Part shown: in pieces, positions 9,785 through 17,757 of the stretch
Layout: every line of letters starts with the position of its first letter
How positions within the stretch are numbered: position 1 is the first letter of the stretch
Virus record (IMG/VR): IMGVR_UViG_2595698548_000001
Location: 194,140-258,139 of that record
Direction: 5' to 3' (one strand)
DNA length: 64,000 nt
DNA from: a virus
Taxonomy: Duplodnaviria; Heunggongvirae; Uroviricota; Caudoviricetes
Made by a program: the position numbers and the translations under genes
Notes under the pieces: generated by a model
The model's input: only the letters and a program-made list of their open reading frames with translations
Told to the model about the DNA's origin: nothing
Database searches by the model: none

Positions 9785-10237
9785 ATGGCTTTACCAGCGG
9801 CATACTACCAACTTGTCTATGATGAGAAGACAGGTGACGTGCTGTCGTTCTGGAACCCAATGAGGGGCGAGTGTCCTGACTCGCCTTACATTGAAGTTTC
9901 CCTGGAGGACCACGCTCGCGTACAGCCTGCACCGTTCAAGTTCCGCGTCATCGATAAGCGCCTGGTTGAAGTGAGCGATATACCAAAAGATGAACGTCCG
10001 AAGCGTCCAGCTGTCTCCGAAGCGATCATCGCGGGTCTTGTAATCGACGGCGTGTGCTACGCGCTCGACCCGAAAGCTCTGGCTGTGTTGACGCTCGATC
10101 TGTCCAGAGGCTCCAAGACCTGCAGGGCAATCGCCCACACTCCGACAGGAAACCAACTGGTAACCCTGCCAAAGGAAGATGCCAAGAACGTAGCCTCGAT
10201 GATAGCCGACCACTTGGTGGCTCTACATTGTGGATAA
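9785..10237 (+). CDS. hypothetical protein
   Basis: RBS AAGGAGA 6 nt upstream of the ATG. Confidence 0.6.
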   Translation: MALPAAYYQLVYDEKTGDVLSFWNPMRGECPDSPYIEVSLEDHARVQPAPFKFRVIDKRLVEVSDIPKDERPKRPAVSEAIIAGLVIDGVCYALDPKALAVLTLDLSRGSKTCRAIAHTPTGNQLVTLPKEDAKNVASMIADHLVALHCG

Positions 10238-10268
10238 TTTACTCGCAGTGTACATCGAGGTGTGAACC

Positions 10269-11090
10269 ATGTCTCTTCCTACTAGCAGGCTTATCCAGGC
10301 CGCCGTGGATCGCGGCCTGACTGTGGCCACGCCCGTTCTTCTCACCATGGACGGGCCGGAACACATTCGCGTAAACGTCATCATCAGCCACGCGGAGCCC
10401 GTCTCTGTCGTGGCTCCTTTGGACTTGCTGTGGATTAACCCTGACACAGGCACTCCGCTGCGCCGTGTCAGTCGTGCCCAGTCGCAAGACTTCGTGCATA
10501 CCTGGGAAGTCGCGGACGAGACATCGTTCTGGTTGGCTCAATCCTGGGATGAACCACGACCGAACGACCAAGACTTTCAGGAGCTCAACCGAAACATCGG
10601 CAACACGCACGGGCTGATCCTGGCCGATATCGGCGCGCTCGGTGTTGAAGGTGGAGACCTGACAGGACCATTGCGTCCACGAGTCTTGGAAGTCGGAGAC
10701 GACTACGCACCTACGGAAGCGGTACCTCGCTCGTTCGTCGAAAAGCTGACCATGGCGGCGCAAAGCCTAGCAGCTTCGGTTAGCCAACAGCTCACCAGCC
10801 TGCGTAACCAAGTTACGTCTGTGCGAAACCGCGTGACGGTAGTCGAAGACGAGTTGGAAAACATCCAGCTCGGTGACGGCACGCCACGATACAAACATGA
10901 CCAAGTGGAACCCTCACTTGAGTGGATCATCGTTCACAACCTACACGTACCGGACGTCACAGTTCGTGCCGTGCGGGAAGATGGGACGCTGATGATTCCA
11001 GCCACGGAAACAATGATCGATGAAGATACGCTGCGCCTGACGTTTGCCGAAGCTCGCCAGGGACGCGCCGTGATTCTCGGCATAAGGTGA
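10269..11090 (+). CDS. tail/fibre-associated protein with C-terminal W-x-I-x-H-N-L beta-domain
   Basis: RBS GAGGTG. The C-terminal ~65 aa (..SLEWIIVHNLHVPDVTVRAV..RAVILG) share a motif with the 13617, 15316 and 15912 proteins. Confidence 0.6.
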   Translation: MSLPTSRLIQAAVDRGLTVATPVLLTMDGPEHIRVNVIISHAEPVSVVAPLDLLWINPDTGTPLRRVSRAQSQDFVHTWEVADETSFWLAQSWDEPRPNDQDFQELNRNIGNTHGLILADIGALGVEGGDLTGPLRPRVLEVGDDYAPTEAVPRSFVEKLTMAAQSLAASVSQQLTSLRNQVTSVRNRVTVVEDELENIQLGDGTPRYKHDQVEPSLEWIIVHNLHVPDVTVRAVREDGTLMIPATETMIDEDTLRLTFAEARQGRAVILGIR

Positions 11091-11095
11091 CGAAC

Positions 11096-11956
11096 ATGAG
11101 AAGGCTTTTGGCGATAGGCTCGCTAATTTACTGCGTAATGGCAAATGCCCAAAGCCTTTTGGTTGTGCAGTCGGCAACGGTCAATGACCTGTACGGCAAC
11201 ACGATCATCGCAAAGATTCTTGAAGACCAAAACGGCAGTGTCGACCACATTGCCGTCTTCAACGCTCGGCAGTTCACGCATGATCGCTCGGCACACTCGC
11301 GGGAAATCCTGTCAAAGGTTTTGCGCACGTATGTCGAGCACTCAAAGCCGAGCGCCCTTCTGTTTCTCGGAGAGCCAATCGTGGACGTCGGGATTCCAAC
11401 TCAGTACAGCTCTGTGCTGATAGGTTCCACGTCATTTAACACAACGGCCCTCAAGGCAGCTTCCATCTACAACAAGCACTGGTCACCTGTTTACGTCATA
11501 AGCGACAACTCCGTGTTGGCGAACCTTCGCTTGCAGGAGCTGCGCCGACAACTCGATGGCATCGAGCTGGACGTGACTACGGTGTCAACGGTTATCGAGT
11601 ATCGGCAAGCGTTGCTTGACCTGCAAGATCAACCAAAAGGCACCCTGGTGCTGAACGCCTTTAGCTTGTTGGATGAGTGGCAAGACTCTGTGGGATTCGC
11701 CGAAATCGAAAACCTTCTGGTTAAGACAAATCGGCGTCACGTGGATGTAGGTATTTGTCGAAACGGGTTTAAGACGACTCTGGCTATCGGGCCGACGCCT
11801 GCAGAGGCGGCAGCTCTGGCTACTGCGCCATACTCCCAAGCATCAAACTCCCACATCAGCTCGTGTGCAAACCTGTCCCGTGTCGTACCAAAGTGGCTGG
11901 GGTTATACCGCGCAACGATGGGCAAATACGACATAGTGGAAGGCGGCAACCAATGA
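11096..11956 (+). CDS. secreted (signal-peptide) protein of unknown function
   Basis: ATG at 11096 follows RBS AAGGTGA; the track's start at 11087 is a GTG. The N-terminus MRRLLAIGSLIYCVMANAQS is a typical Sec signal. Local GC is lower than in the flanking genes. Confidence 0.6.
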   Translation: MRRLLAIGSLIYCVMANAQSLLVVQSATVNDLYGNTIIAKILEDQNGSVDHIAVFNARQFTHDRSAHSREILSKVLRTYVEHSKPSALLFLGEPIVDVGIPTQYSSVLIGSTSFNTTALKAASIYNKHWSPVYVISDNSVLANLRLQELRRQLDGIELDVTTVSTVIEYRQALLDLQDQPKGTLVLNAFSLLDEWQDSVGFAEIENLLVKTNRRHVDVGICRNGFKTTLAIGPTPAEAAALATAPYSQASNSHISSCANLSRVVPKWLGLYRATMGKYDIVEGGNQ

Positions 11957-12237
11957 TCCGACCCTCACATTCGACCATATCGCGTATCGTCATTCTTGCC
12001 CTTTTGGCTGCGGTAGCTTTCATCTTCGTGAAGTACAGCTCCCGTAGTGACAACCGCGAAGCAATCGTATACTCCTCCTTGCAGTGCGTTCAAAGCGTCT
12101 GCGTGGAGAACAAGGCTACCGGAGAGATTTGCTCCTACAGGGAGCCGAGAATTTCCGAGATTCTTATTGAGACGGACAAAGACAACGCCAACGTCAGAAA
12201 CATAAGAGTTATACCGAGCGATGACCGATGCCAATGA
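11953..12237 (+). CDS. small membrane-anchored protein with 4-Cys extracytoplasmic domain
   Basis: Internal ATG at 11953 (MIRPSHS..) overlaps the upstream stop. It has one N-terminal transmembrane segment. Confidence 0.45.
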   Translation: MIRPSHSTISRIVILALLAAVAFIFVKYSSRSDNREAIVYSSLQCVQSVCVENKATGEICSYREPRISEILIETDKDNANVRNIRVIPSDDRCQ

Positions 12238-12246
12238 GGCTGCTCA

Positions 12247-12798
12247 ATGGACTCCATAAACACCATTTTCAGTAGCCCGCTGCCTGTCGCAATTTCTGCT
12301 GTGATTGCGGTTGCGTGCCTAGCCGGCTACTGGTTCTTCGTTATCCCGCTGCTGGACGAGGTCAAAACTCTGCGTGAGACCAACTCCTCGATGCAGCAAA
12401 AGATGGGCGACGAATTTGAACTGCAAAAGGCGAACGTCCAACGCTTCATGCAAGAGTTGGCAGCCAGCCTGCAAAGTCAGCAAAACATCACCGAACTTGT
12501 CTCGACCGTAAGTTCCTTGAAGCTGGCGGTTGAACATCAAACAACCGCACTGAGTGGAAGCCTTGAACGCATGTTCGAGGACGTTCAGGAAGCATTAGAA
12601 CGTCTCACCAGTGCCCTAAATCAAACGTCTGAGACCTCGACCCGTAAACACGATGAAATCCGGCGTGAAGTCGAACGCCTGGGTCGATTGCTTGAACAAC
12701 TGACCCGCCAAGTTGCGGACATCAGTGACAAGCAGAGTCAAGTCGCTGGCGTGTTGACAGGTATGTCTATCGCTAAAAACATGAATCGAGGTCTGTAG
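12247..12798 (+). CDS. membrane-anchored coiled-coil protein
   Basis: One N-terminal transmembrane segment (residues ~13-35) followed by about 140 aa of heptad-like sequence. RBS GAGG. Confidence 0.6.
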   Translation: MDSINTIFSSPLPVAISAVIAVACLAGYWFFVIPLLDEVKTLRETNSSMQQKMGDEFELQKANVQRFMQELAASLQSQQNITELVSTVSSLKLAVEHQTTALSGSLERMFEDVQEALERLTSALNQTSETSTRKHDEIRREVERLGRLLEQLTRQVADISDKQSQVAGVLTGMSIAKNMNRGL

Positions 12799-12808
12799 GA
12801 ATACCAAC

Positions 12809-13600
12809 ATGGCCTATGTGCTCAACAACATACGGTTTCGATCTGTCAGTTCAAAGGCGCTGGAGAGGTACTACAACTCCAAGTCGTTCATCCTGAATGT
12901 CCTGATCGACGAACAAAGACAGTTCAGCCAAGTAGCCCGCGAAATCCTGCTGCTGTTTTTCAACAGCTATTCGGACTGGGCTATCAAGGTGGAGAGCCTG
13001 TTGTTGAACCGAAGCGTTTTGGAGGAGACGGACCTCAAGATCATCTTCCAGCGCTTCGGTGAAGTAGTCGAATCCAACAAGAGCATTTTCACCATTCACG
13101 GTGACGTGTTTTTGCCGCAGTTCGTAGACGTTTGGGGTGCTGTGCATAAGCACGTGCCTCTGAACTTCAAGCGCAAGGTTCGGCAAACGGTGGGCCTCTC
13201 TCAGCTTGAGGCCTATCCGCTTATCATCGATGCGTTGGTCGATGCCCTTCAATCCACGCTGTACGAGCTGTACGAAGTGGACTGCCTTCTAGGGTCTAAC
13301 CTGGTGGGCAACAAGATCAGCACCAACGCGTCCATGCAGGACAACCTGATCACGTACATTGACGATGGTGACCTGGAATATTACCGAGCCACTGGGGTCT
13401 TCATCGCCAAAGAGAGAATCACTCACTACTTGGACACGGTAATCCTGCCGGACATCGTTGTCCCTGTGGTCGTGAAAAACTACACGGAAGAAAAAATTGC
13501 GTTGAAAAACGGCTTGGTAGTTGGGGATCAGCCATTCGCACGGCTGCTAACCGACATGTTAGAAAACCCCCGCATTAAAATCGTTGAGATCGCATCCTGA
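12809..13600 (+). CDS. hypothetical cytoplasmic protein
   Basis: ATG at 12809. Its composition is lower in GC than the neighbouring fibre genes. Confidence 0.55.
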   Translation: MAYVLNNIRFRSVSSKALERYYNSKSFILNVLIDEQRQFSQVAREILLLFFNSYSDWAIKVESLLLNRSVLEETDLKIIFQRFGEVVESNKSIFTIHGDVFLPQFVDVWGAVHKHVPLNFKRKVRQTVGLSQLEAYPLIIDALVDALQSTLYELYEVDCLLGSNLVGNKISTNASMQDNLITYIDDGDLEYYRATGVFIAKERITHYLDTVILPDIVVPVVVKNYTEEKIALKNGLVVGDQPFARLLTDMLENPRIKIVEIAS

Positions 13601-13616
13601 TCCTGGAGTAATCAAC

Positions 13617-15299
13617 ATGCTCAAGAATGGCAACATCACGCTGGTTGGCGAGATTCGTGGCCTCAAGCCGCAGCGCCTGGCAGCAGACCCCACTGGTGGT
13701 GACCTCAAGGAAGGTCTGGTCTGGGTCAACACTACCGACAAAGCCCTGAAGTGGTACGACGGCACCCAGACCCTCACCATCGCCACTGGCGGCGCACTGG
13801 ACGAATACCTGTCGCTGGCCGGCGGCACCATGACCGGCCCGCTGGTTCTCGCCGCAGACGCAGCCAACCCGCTCGAAGCTACTCCGCTGCAACAAGTCGA
13901 GTCGCTGGTGGGTGCGAAGCAGGACACCATCACCGGTGCTGCTACTACCATCACCAGCGCCGATCTGACCGTCAGTCGTGCCATCGTCTCCGACGAAAAC
14001 GGCAAGGTCGCAGTATCCGCAGTCACTGCCGTCGAACTCGCCCACCTGAGCGGCGTGACCGACAACGTGCAGACGCAGATCGACCTCAAGCAGGATGATC
14101 TGGGCTACGTTCCGGTGAACAAGGCTGGCGATGCGCTGACCGGTGACCTGAACTTCGGCGGCACCAGCACGCTGAAAAACCTGGCTGCACCTGTCGATCC
14201 GACCGATGCCGTGCGTCTCATCGACATCGACAACCTGAAAGCTGACCTCGACTTCCAGGCTGACGTGCTGGCTGTCCAGCTGGATGACACGCTGGTTCCG
14301 ACCGAAGACCCGCTGCCGGATGCCCAGGTACGCTACATCGTCACTGACGCAGCCAACCTGAACGTCGCGTTCGGTACTATCGCTGGCCTGGAAGATGGCG
14401 ACATCATCCAGAAGTCCGGTGCGGACTTCGTGGTTGCCTATGATGTGTCCGTCAAAGGTCCGGGCGCTCTTGTCTGGGATCGTGGCGTCGGCAAGTTCAT
14501 GAAGTACGACGGCACCAACTGGACCGAACACGGCGGCCTGAGCGGCGTTACCGTATCGGCCGGTCTGCTCAAAGAAGGCAACACCATCAGCGTCAAGTTC
14601 GGTGCCGGTGTCGCCAACCTGCCGACTGGCGAAGTGGGTATCGATGTTCGTCCAGACAAAGGTCTGGAACTCGTCGATCCGACCACTGGTGACGCTTCGA
14701 CTGCCAGTGACGCCGTACTGGGCGTTAAAGTCGGTGCTTCCCTCGATGTCGGTGCCGGTGGCATCATCGTCAAGGCTGCCGGCGTGAACGAAACCCATCT
14801 GGCGACCAGCGTTGCCGGTCAGGGCCTCGAAGGCGGTGAAGGTACTGCGCTGACCGTCAAGCTCGACGGCACCACTCTCGTCAAGTCTGCAAACGGCCTG
14901 GCTCTGGGTGACATCAGCGCTACCTACCTGAAGCTCGACACTGCGTCGACCATCACCGCTCAAGTGGCGGTCCCGGCTCCGACTGCTGACGCCAGCATCG
15001 CCAACAAGCTGTACGCTGACCAAGGCGACCAGGCGAACGCGGATGCAATCGGCGACCTGTCGACCCGCGTCGATGCCAACCAGTTCGTGTTCGATGGCAC
15101 TGCCGGTGTTGCTCAAGACACCTACAGCATCAACCACAACCTGGGCAACAAGTACGCCGTAGTCGCTGTGTACGACGAAAGCGATGCTCAAATCCTGCCG
15201 GACACCGTCACGCTGACCGACGCCAACAACCTGACTGTCACTCTGGCGACTGCGCAGAAAGTGCGCGTCGTGATCAACGGGAAGAAGGCAGCCGCGTAA
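13617..15299 (+). CDS. tail fibre protein
   Basis: ATG at 13617 follows RBS GGAG; the track start at 13584 is a TTG inside the previous gene. The protein is rich in Gly/Ala/Thr/Val beta-repeats. Its C-terminal ..TYSINHNLGNKYAVVAVYD.. domain matches the domain recurring in four other proteins. Codon usage is strongly biased. Confidence 0.75.
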   Translation: MLKNGNITLVGEIRGLKPQRLAADPTGGDLKEGLVWVNTTDKALKWYDGTQTLTIATGGALDEYLSLAGGTMTGPLVLAADAANPLEATPLQQVESLVGAKQDTITGAATTITSADLTVSRAIVSDENGKVAVSAVTAVELAHLSGVTDNVQTQIDLKQDDLGYVPVNKAGDALTGDLNFGGTSTLKNLAAPVDPTDAVRLIDIDNLKADLDFQADVLAVQLDDTLVPTEDPLPDAQVRYIVTDAANLNVAFGTIAGLEDGDIIQKSGADFVVAYDVSVKGPGALVWDRGVGKFMKYDGTNWTEHGGLSGVTVSAGLLKEGNTISVKFGAGVANLPTGEVGIDVRPDKGLELVDPTTGDASTASDAVLGVKVGASLDVGAGGIIVKAAGVNETHLATSVAGQGLEGGEGTALTVKLDGTTLVKSANGLALGDISATYLKLDTASTITAQVAVPAPTADASIANKLYADQGDQANADAIGDLSTRVDANQFVFDGTAGVAQDTYSINHNLGNKYAVVAVYDESDAQILPDTVTLTDANNLTVTLATAQKVRVVINGKKAAA

Positions 15300-15315
15300 A
15301 CCCAAGGGGGCCTAA

Positions 15316-15915
15316 ATGCAAATCAACGGCAGCCTCGATCTGATGGGCAATGTCCTGAAGAACGTAGCCCTGGAGCCCGTTGAATCTTGGCCGCTTGAAC
15401 CAAAGCCGGGTACCTTCATCTTCAAAGGCAAGCGTATCTACATTTGCCTAGAAATCAATGATGGTGTCCCGGTCTGGTTGCCGATGAGCACTGAACTGCA
15501 CACCCACGTACACGACCAATTCATTGCGTCGTCTACGTGGGAAATCGACCATAGCCTGCAAACCGCTGGCTGTATCGTGCAGGTGCTCAGTGGCGATAAC
15601 AAAGCGATTGAGTTCGACGAGGTTGACTTCACCTTCAACCACGCCACAATTCACTTTGCCGAGCCGCAAGCTGGTCGTGCAATTCTCATCATGGGCTCCA
15701 CTGAAGGTCTTCCACGACCAACAGTCGCCTTCGAGCAGACGTTCACTGATCAACAGGTGTGGGTAATCAACCACATGCTGGGCTACCCGCCAATCGTGCG
15801 CTGCTTCGTCGGTAATCTGGAGATTCAACCCTCCAGCTTGGTACATGACGAGAACTTCACCCAGAGTATCGCCTCTTTCAGTAGTCCGATTTCGGGCAGG
15901 GTGCGGTGCGTATGA
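15316..15915 (+). CDS. fibre/baseplate-associated protein with two copies of the W-x-I-x-H-x-L beta-domain
   Basis: RBS AAGGGGG. The repeats are ..STWEIDHSLQTAGCIVQV.. and ..QVWVINHMLGYPPIVRCFV... Confidence 0.6.
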   Translation: MQINGSLDLMGNVLKNVALEPVESWPLEPKPGTFIFKGKRIYICLEINDGVPVWLPMSTELHTHVHDQFIASSTWEIDHSLQTAGCIVQVLSGDNKAIEFDEVDFTFNHATIHFAEPQAGRAILIMGSTEGLPRPTVAFEQTFTDQQVWVINHMLGYPPIVRCFVGNLEIQPSSLVHDENFTQSIASFSSPISGRVRCV

Positions 15916-16124
15916 CGAATCGGCATGAGCACGATCAACCCATTCCTTCTCAGGTTTGGGAAGTTCACCACAACCTCTTCACTCGGGCACCTGTCGTTGA
16001 CGCTTGGGTTGAGATTGAAGGCCAGATGCAAAAGATTCAGCCAATGGCTGTAAAGGTCATCGATCAAAACCAGTGCAACATCGAGTGGTCCGTGCCAAGA
16101 GCCGGTAAAGCAGGAGTCGCCTGA
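15912..16124 (+). CDS. small single-domain protein (W-x-V-x-H-N-L domain)
   Basis: ATG at 15912 overlaps the upstream TGA (ATGA). Motif ..SQVWEVHHNLFTRAPVVDAWV... Confidence 0.5.
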   Translation: MTNRHEHDQPIPSQVWEVHHNLFTRAPVVDAWVEIEGQMQKIQPMAVKVIDQNQCNIEWSVPRAGKAGVA

Positions 16125-16684
16125 TGCTTACTGATGGACTTACTCTGGCCGCTGGCTCTGGGTTGGGCATCAAGATGCTCGACGACGCCCGCCGCGGCCC
16201 AGCTTTTCCCGCAGGTGCAAACGGTGACCTGTGGGAACTCACGCAACAATCTGGAAACGACGGCCCTGGGATTTACGAGTTCTTCAACGGCTCGTGGATT
16301 CTTCGCAATCCTGCGTTCAGTGCGCTGTCGTATGATCTGTCGGGTACCGTCCTCGGACGTCCCGATCCCGGCGCGAAAGTGCTGTACTCCGTAGCAGCTC
16401 GGACGTTCTATATCCAAGCTGCGATGGCAGGCGCAGTGGCTCACGCATTGCAACCGAGCAGCACAGAGCAGGTGTACACCGTGCTCGTTACTCGGGGGCT
16501 GGAAACCATCGCCATAGGTTCGTTTACGTTCTCTCAAGGCGCCGAAGCAGGAGTGTTCACCCCGGCAAGTTCGGAACCCATCCGAATCCAACGTGGTGAC
16601 GTTATTCTGGTCACGGCACCTGATGTAATCGATCAAAACCTGGCGGACATTTCGTTCACCTTGTGTGGATACCTCTCAGTCTAA
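16124..16684 (+). CDS. hypothetical virion-associated protein
   Basis: ATG overlaps the upstream TGA. Confidence 0.55.
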   Translation: MLTDGLTLAAGSGLGIKMLDDARRGPAFPAGANGDLWELTQQSGNDGPGIYEFFNGSWILRNPAFSALSYDLSGTVLGRPDPGAKVLYSVAARTFYIQAAMAGAVAHALQPSSTEQVYTVLVTRGLETIAIGSFTFSQGAEAGVFTPASSEPIRIQRGDVILVTAPDVIDQNLADISFTLCGYLSV

Positions 16685-16696
16685 CGGAGACTTCTT

Positions 16697-17689
16697 ATGG
16701 CTGGTAAAATGATCAAGCGTACCAAACTCGCAGGTCTGGGCGCTGTCGCAACTCAACTGTTCCTCGACCTGAAAGAAGCTGGCCTGACTCAAGTCCTGCC
16801 TGCGACTGGTCAAAACTTCACGCTGGCTTCCGGTGCCGGCAAGTTCGTCATGGACTCCTCGCTGACCGTCAACCCGAAGCACGCTACCCAACCGTGGCGT
16901 ATGCTGGTCGACGTGAGCGGCGCCACTGGCGGTGCTGGTCAAATCAAGATCGCCTTCGCCAACCCGGAGCAGATCAGCAATGCCGGTGCTACCTCGTCCT
17001 TCCCTGGCAGCGTCGATACCAACGGTGCTCGCATCATGGGGCAACTGGGTGCTGCCTGGAACAAAGCATCCAGCTCGGCACTGGGCGATGTGTTCGTCAA
17101 CCGCAGCATCGCCAACCAGACCTTCGACGCCGGTACCACGATCAGCTACGTGCTGACTGCCACCGAACGCGGTATCGCCTTCTTCATCTGGGACGAAGCC
17201 AGCGATGCCTCTCCGAAGTTCTCGTGGTTCCTGGTGCAGAGCGCTGTCAACAAGGACACCGGCGCTCCGCGCGTCGATGAACTGAGCCCGATCTTCTGCG
17301 TCTACTCCTGCGACGCGCAACAGCCGCAGAAGTTCGTGATCAGCGAATCCGACATCTTCCGTCCGACCGTATCCAAGCCGGCCGACGAAGACAGCATCGA
17401 CAGCGCTGCGATCCTGAACTCCAAGCAGCAGGTCGCCATCGCCATCGGCAACAAGTACCTGGTGACCTTCCCGAATCGTCTGAACACGGATCGTTACGCC
17501 TACACCGACGAGCTGGACATGATCGCCTACACCAGCGCCGACGTTATCTCGGAAGACTCCGAAATCCCGGTGCGTCCGTACGGTGAGTCCGTGGATCGCG
17601 TGTACCGCGCGTTCAAGGCCAACGGCGCCAACAACACCGGTATGCGTCTGCTGATGCTCGTAGAAGGCGGCGGCATCGACGCGGTCTAA
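16697..17689 (+). CDS. abundant structural protein (major tail or decoration candidate)
   Basis: RBS ACGGAGA. Codons are strongly optimal (CTG, CGT, GGT, AAA), and the gene is immediately followed by a strong intrinsic terminator. Confidence 0.65.
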   Translation: MAGKMIKRTKLAGLGAVATQLFLDLKEAGLTQVLPATGQNFTLASGAGKFVMDSSLTVNPKHATQPWRMLVDVSGATGGAGQIKIAFANPEQISNAGATSSFPGSVDTNGARIMGQLGAAWNKASSSALGDVFVNRSIANQTFDAGTTISYVLTATERGIAFFIWDEASDASPKFSWFLVQSAVNKDTGAPRVDELSPIFCVYSCDAQQPQKFVISESDIFRPTVSKPADEDSIDSAAILNSKQQVAIAIGNKYLVTFPNRLNTDRYAYTDELDMIAYTSADVISEDSEIPVRPYGESVDRVYRAFKANGANNTGMRLLMLVEGGGIDAV

Positions 17690-17704
17690 GACCGGGTAAC
17701 TCCA

Positions 17705-17741
17705 AAAGGGGCTAAGGTCTAGGACTTTAGTCCCTTTTTCG
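17705..17741 (+). terminator. rho-independent terminator
   Basis: A 15-bp stem, AAAGGGGCTAAGGTC / GACTTTAGTCCCTTT (including G-U pairs), with a 3-nt loop, followed by TTCGTTT. Confidence 0.7.
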
Positions 17742-17757
17742 TTTCTGGAGCCACGAT

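Noticed and set aside
12247-12798. i-spanin (Rz-like) assignment for the TM coiled-coil protein
   Set aside because: A complete lysis cassette with a u-spanin exists at 37499-39167. This gene sits 25 kb away inside the tail module, so a spanin role is unlikely.
13575-15305. 576-aa minus-strand ORF mirroring the 13617..15299 tail-fibre gene
   Set aside because: An antisense artefact of the GC-rich codon-biased fibre gene. The protein is low-complexity (R/G/D/V-rich).
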